From Octopus vulgaris (taxonomy: Eukaryota): a stretch of 64,000 nucleotides of DNA. The stretch is taken from assembly GCA_951406725.2 (NCBI GenBank), contig OX597817.1, positions 144,646,001 through 144,710,000 on the forward strand. The letters are read 5' to 3'. Made by a program: the position numbers and the translations under genes. Below the pieces are notes generated by a model that was not told where the DNA came from, did no database searches, and saw only the letters and a list, made by a program, of their open reading frames with translations. This document shows, one piece after another, positions 11,981 to 26,276 of this stretch; within the stretch, counting starts at the first letter, position 1; every line of letters begins with the position of its first letter.

Positions 11981-14900
11981 AGCATTATTAATAACATTAG
12001 TGACTGGTTGTTGTTGTTTAGCTTCAGGTCAACTCTGCACTCACCTTTGGACAAAGGCATTGGAGACTGTTCTGTAGTTTTAGGGACTTTTAGGATTTCA
12101 AAGATGAGAGAGAGTACTTTTGGAAAGTATAAACTTAGTTACACATTATGTCAGAAAATAAAGATAAGCAGATCAGGTTGCAAACATCTTTTGTTCTTTT
12201 TTGGTTTTCATTTGTCTGCTGTATCAAGACTGACTTGTGTCTGAACAACAAAGGGTTTTCTTCTGTAAGGGTTAGGTGGTAGGCAGAAGATCTTTTTTTA
12301 GTGGAAAGGAAAATATATTTAGTATAGCTGGTAGTATCACTTTGACTAATATGAGACAGAAGCGGTACTGGTAATGGTGGAAATGAGTCTGGGAATAATG
12401 ACTAATGAAACAGATTCAAACTTCAATCGCAATAGAAAATTTTATTTTGTTTATACAAAAGAATGCGATCTAACTTTGAACTTTCTGTTAGATACGACAC
12501 CATATGGGACTGCATCAGTTTGCCTATCTTGAAATGCATGATATTTCAAGAACCATACTAACATTGTTGACCTTCATCTTGAACAAAATGAGCCACTATT
12601 ATAAGAGAGAAAACTCTAATCCTTTCTTCTGTCAGTCATTTTTGTTTTGTTACAGAATCATTACAGGTCTGGGGTCTTGACGCACAAATTTCCATTGAGA
12701 TGTTCAGGGTTAAAAAAAAATTAACCAACAATGAAATAATCTCCTTAAAATTTGAATATCACTTAAAGTTAGCTTTGATAATACTCTGGAGACTTTCTTA
12801 ATCTCATCAATTTCTTCAAAATTAGGGATAAAAAAAAAGTACTGTTGATTCAACTTTACAGAATCCTTACAATGGAGATATTTATAAAGATAAATAGGTT
12901 TCACTGTACACATGTAAGTGTTGAGTACTTGTATTGAATAGCAAGAACGATGGTTTGAAATGGTGTCTGGAAATGAAACACTTCAGGTGTTATTTGTAAA
13001 AACTCTTAAGTAGATTTAGTCGATATAGGTATGTGAGGGGAATAAATATCAAGTCACTTTCTCTCTTTTCTTTCTCTCCTCTCTCTTTCTCTATTTCAAC
13101 AAATGTTGTAGGCAAGCTGATTGTTGGATTATAGCCAGCCATGTTACAAGAAAATGTAAACATGGCATGAAGAAATGGTAAAGATTGTAATCATAAAGAA
13201 TCTGATAAAGACAACTGCAGAGATTGTCTGCCTGATTTGTTATAATTCTTGTTGTTACTTGTTTATATTTTGGTGAGTGTGATATTTTCACCTTGTTTTC
13301 TCTCAGCCAACATGGATTGAATTGCACAAGGAGATTCAGGCATTTGTTTCACACATGGACACCATTCTTAATCCTCTTTTTCACTGTTTTCGCCTTATTT
13401 ATTTTTAGACATTATCTTCTGTTTCCATAAAGTGTGGCCCACAATAAAAAAGATGTGTGTTTGGAAAATATTTGTGTTTCACAATACGCCTCAAAAATTG
13501 CTGGCTTTGTACGAAAATTTTAAATTTCAAAGCATTGTATTATTCCTTAAAACCCACAAATGTACAAACAACTGAACATTAAATCATATGAAACAATTGA
13601 ATCCTTTGGAACTGGAAATGATTTCATTTTGACAAAGCTTTATTTTAGTGATTCAAAAGAATAAACAATTGTAGGTTTGGTTTTTCAGCAAATATTTTCA
13701 ACCTAAAGAATTCCTTTTGAATGTGAAAATGCTATCAGCTGAGAACGTCTGCACTTTAGCAATCAGTCAGTTCTATGTCGCTTTTGTATGTGTGTGTTTT
13801 TGTGCTTGGAAAATGAATTCTAATTATGAATCAAGGCTGCCACTTAATTCCTAACTGGATACGTACAGTGTGAATAAATATTGTTCCTTCACTAACAGCA
13901 ATTAAAATTAATTGATATAAATTAGAATTTGACTATCAAGTCCCTGGTTATAGCTCAAATAATCTTTGGTTTTCCTTTACTTTTTTTTTTTTTAACTTTA
14001 GTACAAAGCCTTTTAGTTTTTGTAAAGATTTGTATAAAGTTCTTTCCTGTACTTTCATTGCCATCCAACAAAATTCTAAAGCATTTTCTTAACCTGGCAT
14101 GGTTCTGCTCAATTTCTTCAAGGGACCTGACTAGAAGAGGTGTTGGGTGGTCTCTTACTGATCTAATTTAGATACTCAGATGTACCATAACTATAGCTAT
14201 GATTTTTGAAATTCAGGTTTTAGGCCAAAGTAAGTCTCATCCTATCTCAGTTTATCATCGTTGTTATAACATCCACTTTTCCATGCTTGATCCAGATGCC
14301 TTTCTTGTCATCAACCTTCACATGTTTACAAGCAAGGTGATATTTCACTCTGGCAAGATGCTTTTCCACAATGTTGAAGATGAACAACACTGCTTACATG
14401 ACAGTGACAATCATTTACAGCTATCACACTACGTCAAGATAAAGTGACCACAAAACACTTGCATGCACACACACACACACACACATGCACACACAGAAGC
14501 TTCTTTCAGTTTCTGTTTACCAAATCTACTCACAAGGCTTTTGCCAAACTGGGGCTATAGAAGAAGACACTTGCCTAAGATGCCATGCAGTGGGACTGAA
14601 ACCAAAACCTTGCAGTTAAGAAGCATACTTTTTAACCACACAGCCACACCTGTACCTCTAACCATGCCTGTATCTCTTTTTCACAACATGCTGTCCTCAG
14701 TAATCTTGTTTTATTAACACATTTTGCCAGAAGTTTCAGATTAAGTATCTCATATGTTCTAAATACTTGTTCCAGCCTATTTGTTTTCACTACCTTTACC
14801 TGCTCACAGCAATGTTATTGATGCTCAATATATCATTAAACAAGATCTATTTTAGGGATATATCCCACACCCACGCACACATTTTATGTAATCTTATCAC

Positions 14901-15117
14901 TGCACTACCTTCTGTTTCTGCTATCCTAACACATGATAACTAATTAATGAGAAGAGAATGGAAAGATAAAATACAAGAGGGCACCTTATATAATACACAT
15001 GTTTACAAAACAAAGAAAACAGCCTGGTGCAAGGATGTGATGTTTAAGAAAATCTTCAAATTTTCCACCTTTTCTTACTGTTATCTTAAATTAGATAAAA
15101 ATTTTAGGTTGGTGCAT

Positions 15118-15551
15118 TTCACCCTTTTGTTACCATATTTCTGTTGAGATGCTCTGTGTTTCTCTCAATTATTTTAGATATAACAAAGAATTTAGTAAAA
15201 TAACTTGGTTATCATTAAGCTAGTGTTAGGAACATAAATTGTGACTAAGGTTTGGAGGAAGACTTTAATTCAAAACTTATGAAAACAAGACATTTGTACT
15301 ACAGGGTCAGAGGCGGTTTCAGCCAGGTTTTTACTACTATATTTCTGTTGAGATGCTCTGTGTTTCTTTCAATTAATTCAAAATGTAACAAAGGAATTAG
15401 TAAAATAAATTAGTTATCATTAAGCTAATGTTAGGACTATAAATTGTGACTAAGGTTTGATGGAAGATTTTAATTCAGAACTTATGGAAACAAGACATTT
15501 GTACTACAGAGCCAGAGATGGTTTCAGGTGGGTTGGTAATGAAAGGGTTAA
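15118..15551 (+). mobile_element. piggyBac-like MITE, tandem dimer
   Basis: Two ~210-bp units; cccttttgttacca start and ggtaatgaaaggg-TTAA end. Confidence 0.8.
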
Positions 15552-16024
15552 GCAATTCCCTTGAGAGGAGGAGGGGAAGAGAAATTTGACATGAGTACAA
15601 AAGAGATAGTTTTGCTCTTTCTTTTATTCTTTTTGATTTACTTGATTTTTTTAAAATTAATTTTTGCAATCATTGGACTGTGGCCATGCAGGGGCACTAC
15701 CTTGAAAGAAAAGCATGCACTGCTTTGAAGAAATCACTTACACACTCAAAAGTTTCAATTCCTGTACAAAAACAACATACTAAGCAAATATTGTTTTCAG
15801 CATATATAAATGTGTGTGTGTGTGTGTGTGCTGGCATGGTATCAGCACAGCATGGTTACTTCCCAATCAAGGGATTTTGAGATCAGTCTCACTGTATGGC
15901 ATCTTGCGTAGGTGTCTTCTTCCACTGTTCTGTTCCAGGCCAACCAAAGCTTTGTGAGTGGATTTGGTTGATGGAAACTGAATGAAACCTATTGTATGTG
16001 TGTGTGTGTGTATGCATGTAATAT

Positions 16025-16250
16025 CAGGTCTGTGGAGTCGAAACAAAAACTTTGACTCCGACTCCTCTACTATTGGCTCCTCTGACTCTGACTCCTCTTT
16101 ATGTAATTAAGTGATTGTGGTCTACATATCTCATAAAGCATATGCATACGCTTGTACTTTGAGTAGACCTATGTGTTATAACTGGTTTATATTAAAGTGA
16201 GTTGGAATCAGAGTCAGCATAGTTTTACCGACTCCAACTCCACAGCCCTG
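16025..16250. mobile_element. hAT-like MITE
   Basis: TIR caggtctgtggagt/actccacagccctg; degenerate 8-bp TSD tgtaatat/tgcaagat; second copy at 22696. Confidence 0.75.
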
Positions 16251-16484
16251 TGCAAGATATATATATATATATATATATATATAAAGATTTTTTCTTAGGC
16301 ATAGTGATCCTAATAATGTGGTGTTGGAACTCAATACGCGTCGGCTTCAGGATAAAACTTTAGTTGAATACAAAGCATAATTTGAAATTTAATAAATGAT
16401 AAAGAAGCAGGAAATTACACAATGAACTTCACTGCATAATTTCCTTTTACATTGTCATTTATTTAACTTATATATATATATATA

Positions 16485-16818
16485 TGCACCAGGCTCCAAT
16501 TTGATCGGGCAAAATTTCTACAGCTGGATACCTTTCTAACGCCAACCACTCTGAGTGTGTAGTGGGTGCTTTTTATGTGCCACTGGCATGGGAGCCAGTT
16601 AGGCAGCACTGGCATTGGCCACAATTACGATTTCCATTTTGATTTGAGTTTACTTGACTGAGTAGGTCTTCTCAAGTGCAGTGTATTGCCCAATGATTCA
16701 AGGGTACTTTTAAATGGGCTGGTTATGCAACACTGGTATTGGCCATGGCTATGATCTCACTTTACTTGCCGGGTCTTCTCAATCACAGCACATCTCCAAA
16801 GGTCTCGGTCTCTTGTCA
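16485..16818 (-). mobile_element. Element C / RTE 3' fragment
   Basis: C motif followed by ggtcttctcaa..cag, shared with the RTE ORF end at 42.96 kb. Confidence 0.75.
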
Positions 16819-16860
16819 TATATATATATATATATGTGTGTGTGCGCGTTTGTATGTTTA

Positions 16861-17081
16861 TATGAGGTGGGTGCTGAAAGTTCTTGGCTTTGAGGGTATG
16901 ACAAAAGGCTTGGTTGGAGGCCCAACCTTCCGAGTTCTTTTATAGGGCTTAGAAAAACTGAAGGACCACTGTAATAAGTGTGTGAATCTGAGAGGGGAAT
17001 GTGTTAAATAAAATCATAATTAATTGATCCTCCTCTATTTTCTTTTATTCAAAGTCAGGAACTTTTCAACATCACCTCATA
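16861..17081 (+). mobile_element. mariner-derived MITE
   Basis: TA-flanked TIRs (tgagg..tgctgaaagttc); encodes GLEKLKDHCNKCVNLRGECVK*, a mariner transposase C-terminus. Confidence 0.8.
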
Positions 17082-17847
17082 TGTGTGTATGTGTTTGTGT
17101 GTACCCTTGTCTGGACATCATATGATGGTTGTAAATGAACATCACCCTCATACAGAGATTGTTTGCTTCCAATTTTCCTTGAAAAAGAATGTCTAACAAT
17201 TGGAAAATAATGCCTTACTTGGAAACAGGTGAAGGTTGCCAATAGGAAGGGCATCCAGCCAGAGAAATGTCTGCCTGAACAATTTTTGTCTGACCCTTGC
17301 AAGCATGGAAAAATAGACATTCAATGATGATGTTGAGTTGGGCTTGTGAATTGTAATCTATTGAACTTTCCAATACCTGAACATAAGTGTGTATTTAGTA
17401 TTATTATTTTTTTTTCATTAAATAGCTATGGAAAAGTTAATATGATGATCTTCACTGGAAATTTATTTTTTATTCTTCTTGAATCTATTCTTTTTTTTTT
17501 TAATCTTTTACTTCCTTTTTTTAAAATAATTTTTTTCTCCCAGGTAAACTTCTGATATAATCTTCCATATTTTTCGGGAGAGGTTTTTAAGAGTAATCAT
17601 CATTGAGCAAATCTAATTCATTCTGTCTTTTAAAAACGCTGCTTCCTATCAAATCTTTACCATATGTTACTATCAAACAGTTATTCAAGTTTGGTTACCT
17701 CCAAAAATATAGTCCTCATGAATATTCTCTTTTTACATAAAATCATATTCATTATTTTTAATGTACCTTTCCGAAACCTGCACTTTTCTCCAGTCTTTCT
17801 TTTTTATTTCGTATTTTTATTGTTATCATTATTGTTATTATTACTGC

Positions 17848-17891
<44 letters not shown>

Positions 17892-18087
17892 TACTTTACT
17901 TTCACATCCTGGAAAAAAAAAATCAATATTCCACTCAGTGTAGTTAGTTATACAGCAGTGGAATGATTTTTGGTTGTAAAAATGTTAGCAATTTTCAATA
18001 CGTTTTTTTGAAGGATTGTCTGTAAAAATACTGAATAGTTTTGCTGATAACATTGATATGGCATCACATGGAAATAGGTAGGGAAGA

Positions 18088-18120
<33 letters not shown>

Positions 18121-18457
18121 TTATTTTCTTTCTTGGAAGTTGAGGTGTTCTCCAATATTTAACTTCAAAAGTAAATGTTTCTTTTCTTCTATGCCAAAGA
18201 TTGCACTTGAATTTCTCGTAATGGGTTCTGTGTGTTTTTCTTTCTCTGAGCTTTAAGACTTGATGCAACCCAAATTCATAACAATAACATCCGTAATAAT
18301 AAATATATAGAAATACATGCCAATGTATGTCAAGCTGTGTATCATGCATACAGAAGGAAAAAAATGGAAAAAAAAACCAATCATCTCCATTTCTGATGTT
18401 TTACATGTGTCTAATTCAAAAATATTTTTTTATTATTATTATTACTATTATTATTAT

Positions 18458-18910
18458 GGCAGCAAGCTGGCAGAATGGTTAGCATGCTGGGCAACTTGCT
18501 TAGTGGCATTTCGTCCATCTTTACATTCTGAGATCAAATTCTGCCAAGGCTGACATTGTCTTTCATCCTTTGGGGGTCAATAAATTAAGTACCAGTCAAG
18601 CACTAGGATCAATGTAATCAACTTACCCATCCCCCAAAATTTTACAGCCTGTGCATACACCAGAAAGGATTATTATTATCCATTATGGCAGTGAGCTGGC
18701 AAAATTGTTAACATGCCGGGCAAAATGCTTAGCAGCATTTCATTCATCTTTAAGTTCTGAGTTCAAATCCTGCTGGGGTCGACCTTGCCTTTCATCCTTT
18801 TTCTCATAGATAAAATAAGTACCAGTTGAACACTGGGGTCAATGTAATCAACTATCCCCCCTCCACTTGAAATTTCAGGCCTTGTGCATATAATAGAAAA
18901 TATTCTTATT
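18458..18910 (+). mobile_element. Two tandem SINE-B copies, (ATT)n-tail subfamily
   Basis: Head-to-tail copies separated by attatt tails. Confidence 0.85.
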
Positions 18911-19654
18911 ATTATAATTACTTAAACCTATTGACTTGGTAGAATCGGTAGAACATTACGTCAAGCACTTTGCAGTGTTTAGTTATGACCCTTTTTTCTT
19001 CTGAGTTCATACCCAACCAAAATCAACTTTACTTTACACCATTTCAGGATAAAGTACTGGGGTCGATGTAATTGACTAGCTTTCTGGCTTTGTGCCTAAA
19101 TCAGAGACACTGTTATTGTGAAGGTCACAGGCTGGCAGAGTCATTTGAGCACAAACAAAAATATCTTGTAGTGTTTGTCCTGAGTTCAAATCCTGCCAAA
19201 GTCAGCTTAGTCTGTCATCCTTCCCAGCCCAACAAAATAAAGCAACAGTCAATTACTTTCCCATCCCTCTTAATTACTGGTACTTTTCCCCTTCTGATGT
19301 ATCTCTTTAGTGTCAAACAAATAACTGATAATAATTATTTCAATTTTTTTTTCCCCAAGGGCAGTTTGGGGGAGGTGGGGATGAGTTGATTACATTGACC
19401 CACAGTTCAACTGGCATTTAATTTATCGACCCTGAAAGGATGAAAAGCAAAGTCGATCTTGGTGGAATTTGAACTCAGAACATAGTGACTATTGAAATAT
19501 TGCTAAGCATTTCATCTGGCATGCTAACGATTCTGCCAGCTCATCACCTTAAATAACTGCTAATAATAATAATCACTACCTTGATTCACCTAGTTCTGCC
19601 TTTCTTCTTAACAATCACACTTATACCTAAAGAAAGAAATCTTTATTTTGCTCA

Positions 19655-20012
19655 TTAACTCTGCCTTAGCAAAAGCGAAGGTATTGTTTTCAGTCATGTT
19701 TATTTATTTGCCTATGGACAAGATATCTCAAGAACCACTGGAGGAATTCAGCTGAACCTTTGTTTGGCCTCTGACTGGCACAAACTGATTAGATTTTGGG
19801 ATCAATCCAGTACCGGACAGGGTTTCTGGATTATTTTCTGGTTCTTTTACTTAATTTTTGAGAGCAGTCAGGTTCATTTTTTAGTATTCTCATTTGTGAG
19901 AGCAGTTGAGTTTATTTCAGATATTCTCATTTTAAAAATCATCTCTGGCTAATCGTTGAGAGGATGTTGGTGTTGCCTTGGTGGAGGTTTGCACTCTCTG
20001 AGTGCTCTTGTT
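19655..20012 (+). mobile_element. Helentron/DINE-1-like non-autonomous element
   Basis: Subterminal inverted repeat ctctgcc/ggtggag and 3' hairpin gcactc-tct-gagtgc, in a TT context. Confidence 0.6.
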
Positions 20013-20884
20013 ATTCTGTTTGTTCCCGCTAATAGGACCAACTTCCATCTGTCTTAGGCTTATATATTCATTTTAGGTTCATTTGGTCTGAGCTTATCTC
20101 AGTTTCTGCAGCATCTTACATGACTGGGATTACAAGACTACTGCCTAAACAGGACCCTAGTCTGTCACAGTTTTCACACCCTCACCACCCCCACATCAAA
20201 CTGTCTACTCCTTAAGCAGGGAACTGCGTTTGCTCTCCCATATGCACTCATATCTCAAGGTGTCTACTCTTTGAACATGACAACTATCTATCACAGAGTG
20301 TGTTTTATCCACACACACAATGTGTACTCTCTCTCTCTCTGAACAGGACACCTGTCTGTCTTAGAGCTTACCCCCTCCCTCTCAAGCTGTCACATGTTTA
20401 TTCATAGCTCACTGGGCTGAATCAACATGAAATGAACTCTCATACCCAAGGCCACAATGTGCTACTGATCTGAGTTTCAAACACACACACCCTAACAATC
20501 AGAAACCTAACACTCCATCCATCACCACAACATCAAACCCTCCCTTTATGGAGTACAATTGTAGATTATAATTTTTTTAAAATTCAAATTATGATGAAAG
20601 TAATCTAACAAAGTTTGCTTTAGAAGCGTTGAGATGTATTGAAAGATACAGAAATGATTTTATTTTCAAACACAGGATAATGCTAACAATATAGCATGAA
20701 CAGGATAAACTCTTTACTTTTTTTATTCTTTTACTTGTTTCAGTCATTTGACTGTGGCCAAGCTGGAGCACCGCCTTTAGTCGAGCAAATCGACCCCAGG
20801 ATTTATTTTTTGTAAGCCTAGTACTTATTCTATCGGTCTCTTTTGTCGAACTGCTAGGTTACAGGGACGTAAACACACCAGCAT

Positions 20885-21640
20885 AAGTATTTTTTTCAGT
20901 GTGCTAACAGTTCTGCCAGCTTGCCACCCTAATGACTATAATAATAATTTCAAATTTTGGCACAAGGATAGCAATTTGGTGGTGGTGGTGGGGTAAGTTG
21001 GTTACACAGTGCTCTACTGGTACTTATTTTATCAACCTTGAAAGGATGAAAGACAAGGTCAGCTTCCATGGAATTTGAACTCAGATTGTAAAGAAAGATG
21101 AAATATTACTAAGTATTTTGTTCAGCGAGCCAATGATTCTGCCAGCTCACTTAGTAGTAGTAGTAGTAGTAGTAGTAATAATAATAATCCTTTCTGCTAT
21201 AGGCACAAGGCCTGAAATTTAAGGGAAGAGGATAGATGATTACATCGACCCCCAGTGTTTTACTGCTACTTAATTTACTGACCTCAAAAGGATGAAAGGC
21301 AAAGTCGACTTTGGCGAAATTTGAACTCAGAACACAGCGGCAGACAAAATACTGCTTAGCATCTTACCCAGTGTACTAACGATCCTGCCAGCTCACCACC
21401 TTGCATCATCATCATCATAATAATAATTATAATAATAATAATAATAATTTTAAATGTTGGCACAAGAGCAGCAGTTTTGGTGGAGGTGGGGATTAGTCAA
21501 TTACATCGAGCCCAGTGTTTAACTGGTACTTATTTTAATTGTCCCCGAAAGGATGCAAGGCAAAGTCGACCTCGGTAGAATCTGAACTCAGAGCATAGTG
21601 ACAGGTGAAATATCACTAAGCATTTCATCCTGCATGCTTT
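20885..21640 (-). mobile_element. Tandem cluster of three SINE-B copies plus a fragment
   Basis: Repeated aaaggatg(a/c)aag(g/a)caa.gtc..tgaactcaga blocks separated by (AAT)n/(AGT)n. Confidence 0.85.
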
Positions 21641-22695
21641 TTATATGGTGGTCTGCATTATGTATGACGGGCTTCTTTCAGTTTCTGTCTGCCAAATCCA
21701 CTGACAAGGTGTCACACAGTGGGACTGAACCCAGAGCAATGTGATTAGGAAGCAAGCTTCTTACCACACACTCACACCTCTGCTTATTAAAGTAATATTC
21801 TTGCCTTAACCTTTTCTTAAATTTGTCGTACTTCTGCTTTGTCTTGTTCATTGATTCTTGAAGTATTACCACATTTGTCCTTGATTTAATCCTCATCTTG
21901 CTTTTTATTATTTTTTGTTTCTCTAACAATGTATTATCGTTTTCTATGAATGAATTTTTCTCTTGTCAAAGTGGCCTTGGCTCATTTTTCTAAATACTTT
22001 TTAAATGTCAACGGATGAATTCCATGCCAGACAATGGACTTTCAACCTAGATCAAGTTTAATGTCTAATGCGAAGAGCATTAGTGCTAAAAGAAAACAGA
22101 ATCTGTGAAACTTGTTGCTCTTCTTGATGTAATAGAATGGAGGATGAAGTTACAGAATTCTTAAAGCATTAGAATAAATGCTTACCAATATTTCTTCTGG
22201 TATTTTATATTCTGTGTTCAGACCCCACCAAGGTCATATTTACTTATTACCCTTCTGAAGTTGATAAAACAAAATCTAAGCAATCTATATAATTATCTAG
22301 CTCCAAATTTCAGGCCTTGTGCCTATAATAGAAAGGATTATTATTGTTGTTGTTGTTGTTGGTAAGTATTCAGGAATCAATCTGTGATCTCGTTTTAATT
22401 CCTAGCTCAGTCTGTTTTACATTAAATATTAATATTCTTAGAAAAATACGATTGCTGTCACTCTTGTTTTCTCTCTCTCCAACAAGACTTCATGCTTAAT
22501 GTTAAAAAATTCATTAACAATATCATTGATATAATTGTAGAAAGAAGTGGATGGTAGAACTTGGTAGAGTAACAGACAAAATGTCTTGCTGTATCACCTC
22601 TGTGTTCTGTGTTCAAATCCTGCCAATGTTGGCTTTTCCTTTCATCCTTCTAGTAACAGTGAAATACTGTGGGAGCCAATGTAAACAGTTTCCTC

Positions 22696-22936
22696 CAGGG
22701 CTGTGGAGTTGGAGTCAGAGTCAGTTAAACTATACCGACTCTGATTCCGACTCACAATATCTTTATTCTTTAATATAAAGTTATAACACATAGGCCTACT
22801 CAAAGTACAAGCGTATGCATCTGCTTTATGAGATATGTAGACCACAATCACTTAATTACATAAAGAGGAGTCAGAGTCAGAGCTGCCAATAGTAGAGGAG
22901 TCAGTCAAAGTTTTTTGTTTCAGTGCCACAGCCCTG
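22696..22936. mobile_element. hAT-like MITE (inverted copy of 16025-16250) inserted in a SINE-B
   Basis: cagggctgtgg...ccacagccctg termini and shared body. Confidence 0.75.
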
Positions 22937-23775
22937 ATTCCTTCCCCTCAAAATCTGAGGTTCTACCTATGTTAGTAATTATTATTGTTACTATTGTTAA
23001 AATGATAAACTGGCAAAATTGAGGTCGATTTTACTTTTCAGTTTTTTGCGGGTCAAGTACCAGCCAAGTATTGGGATCGGTGCAATTATCTAGCCCCTCA
23101 TACTATGATTGCTGACCAAAATTTGAAACCATTATTATTGTTATTATCATTGTAATGACTCTGATGCACAAATTTAGAGCCTGGAAACTGTGCGGAAGCT
23201 TGTCATGTTTGTCACTCACCTTCCCCCTGCTACCTCTTGACAACTGGTATTGGTTTGCTTTTAATGTGTCTGTAACTTAGCGTTTCAGCAAAAGAAACTG
23301 GTAGAAAAATATCATGTTTAAAAAATTTTTTTTAAAAAACACATAAACACTTGAGTCAATTTGATTAAAACCCTTCAAGGCAGTGCCCCAGCATGGCCAC
23401 AGTTCAATGACTGAAACAAGTAAAAGATAGACGATAGTGTTGTAGAGGAAGATTAATTTAAACTCTGTTTAGTTGACTTGTTTTTTTCCTTGAACTCTTT
23501 CTTAATATATCGAAGATGTTTCGTTTAAGAGTTTCCCAAAGTAAACATTCGAAATATTGATTAATACGACATATTGATTTTGTTACAAGATTGATGACGT
23601 CCCAGAGACAATGGCAAAGCAAGCCATCAATTGATAAAACTTAACAGTGAGCTCAGCTTGATAGTTCTTTGGTGGAGAAGTATTTCAAATAAGACCATTA
23701 ACTTGGTTATTTTTATAATGTTTTTTCAATTTTTTTTATCATTCTCTAACTCAGAGGCTCAAGATACCACATATA

Positions 23776-24189
23776 CTCTTTCTCTTTTACTCTTTTACTT
23801 GTTTCAGTCATTTGACTGCGGCCATGCTGGAGCACCGCCTTTAGTTGAGCAAATCGACCCCGGGACTTATTCTTTGTAAGCCCAGTACTTATTCTATCAG
23901 TCTCTTTTGCCGAACCGCTAAGTGACGGGGACATAAACACACCAGCATCGGTTGTCAAGCAATGCTAGGGGGACAAACACAGACACACAAACATATACAC
24001 ACACACTTATATATATATACATCTATACGACAGGCTTCTTTCAGTTTCCGTCTACCAAATCCACTCACAAGGCATTGGTCGGCCCGGGGCTATAGCAGAA
24101 GACACTTGCCCAAGATGCCACGCAGTGGGACTGAACCCGGAACCATGTGGCTGGTTAGCAAGCTACTTACCACACAGCCACTCCTGCGC
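23776..24189 (-). mobile_element. SINE-A, full length
   Basis: Near-identical to the reverse complement of 45990-46392. Confidence 0.9.
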
Positions 24190-24379
24190 ATATCTTTTAG
24201 TTTTTTTTTCTTTTTACATGATGCAGTCATTGGACAGCAGCCATGCTGGGGGTACCCCCTCGGGTTGTTTTAGTTGTACAAATCAATTCCAGTACATATT
24301 TTGTTTATCTCTCTTTTGCTGAACAGCTAAGTTATGTTAATAAACCAATACCAGTCATCAAATAGTGGTGAGTTCAAAG

Positions 24380-24600
24380 ACATACATGAATGCATAAATA
24401 AATAGATACATGCATACATATATGCATGCATGCATATATGCATGCATACATGCATAAATACATACATGCATGTATGCATCCATACATACATACATAAAAA
24501 TGCACATGCATGCCTAGATACATACATGCATGCATACATTCATGTATGCACGCATGCATACATTCATGTATGCACGCATGCATACATAAATAAATACATG
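24380..24600. repeat. (CATA)/(TGCA) low-complexity repeat
   Basis: Direct inspection. Confidence 0.9.
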
Positions 24601-24891
24601 TGTGGCCCTTTCATTTTCTCAGTATTTCTGCAACCAAACTAGTGACAGGGCTTCTTTGGTTGCTTGCAACTGTGTGATCTTCTGTAAAAGTACCCAAAGA
24701 CCTGGCAGTTGTGGTTGCCCAGGCCTTGGCAACAGGTTGACCCTACAACTCAAGAACATGATAATGCAAAGAGCCTGAAAAAATAGCCCAAGGCATCACA
24801 CCTAATATATTCCATTAATAATTCCATTATCCATTGTTCTGAACTTATACTTTAATTCATTGTCCTCCATTTATTAGAATTATTACACAGA

Positions 24892-25274
24892 CTAGCAGTA
24901 TCACCCAGCGTTGCTCCGGTTTGTTTCAACCCTATAGAATTGGAATTTTTGAAAAAATTTGCATTATGTAGCTTGTTATTCTCTTTAAGTGAACATTTTT
25001 CTGGTTGAAATACACCGAAAAATGGCGACACAGCAATCAAAAAATCGTAAAAAATAGGGATTTTCATAGAAAAAAGCACCTTTTTGATGTAAATAATTTT
25101 TGGTGTTAACATAGTCCGATTTGAATTTTATCTTCTAAGGAATGAAGAGCAAGCCTTCTTCTATCATACTCTCAAGTTTGGTCAACTTACGTCGCTGGGT
25201 CTCGGAGGAGATAGTGTTAGTTGAAGGCTACCAAACCTTCAGCTACCAACTTCAGCTTTATATATATATATAGA
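24892..25274 (-). mobile_element. Non-autonomous Helitron
   Basis: Minus strand starts TC(TA)n and ends with hairpin ccggagcaacgctggg followed by CTAG-T. Confidence 0.7.
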
Positions 25275-25894
25275 ATAGCAATTTTCGTCACATTAAATTT
25301 AAAATATTAATAATTAATTTCTCAATATATTTCACTAATCCATGCTCTAGATCCTAATAATTCTGCCAAATCATTGCTCCAGACTTGTACTTCATTTTGT
25401 TGGCTGTCCTCTATTTGTTAAAACTATTACACAATAGAATTTACATTGCACTAAAATTTCAAATATTAATAATTGATTATACACCATATTAAAAATTCAA
25501 TCAATACATGGTGGTCTACTTTAACAAATGTATGAAACTTTATCCCATGATATCAGAATGTCGTTCTACAGCATGGTTTGGTTACTATATTTACTTTGCT
25601 CTTCACTAATCTCTCAATGAGATGGACTGACGAATTATACTTTCACCATGGTAACAATGCAATCCAATGTACATTTTATCACTGTTACTGCTCTAAATCT
25701 TCTCTGCAGTATCCCATTGTCTTCTCCCAAGTGAACACATTAAAAACCATTGATGGAAGGGATTATTTACCTCAAGTCTCAACTCTGGACCAGCAAAGTC
25801 TTGAGCAAGTTATTTCAGTCATCACCAACCTATCTTTATTATTTGATCACAATTGACAGAAGCACTTTCCTTCTTGTTTGCATGAAGAGAAATA

Positions 25895-26276
25895 TTCTTT
25901 TCTACTCTAGGCACAAGGCCTGAAATTTTGGGGGAGGGGGCCAGTTGAATAGATCACCTCCAGTATGCAACTGGTAATTAATTTATTGACCCTGGAAGGA
26001 TGAAAGGCAAAGTCGACCTCGCCTGAATTTGAACGAACGTAAAGACAGACAAGATACCTATTTCTTTACTACCCACAAGGGGCTAAACACAGAGGAGACA
26101 AACAAGGACAGACAGACAGACAGATTAAGTCGATTATATCAACCCCAGTGCATAACTGGTACTTGATTTATTGACCCCGAAAGGATGAAAGAATTTGAAC
26201 TCAGAACGTAATGGCAGACAAGATACCGCTAAGCATTTCGCCCAGCATGCCGATGATTCTGCCAGCTTGCTGCCTC
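25895..26276 (-). mobile_element. SINE-B dimer
   Basis: Two cores joined at the aagaaata|ggtat junction (minus strand). Confidence 0.85.

Noticed and set aside
12136-12402. Stop-free minus-strand frame of about 88 codons
   Set aside because: No upstream start codon, no convincing splice sites and no recognisable motif.
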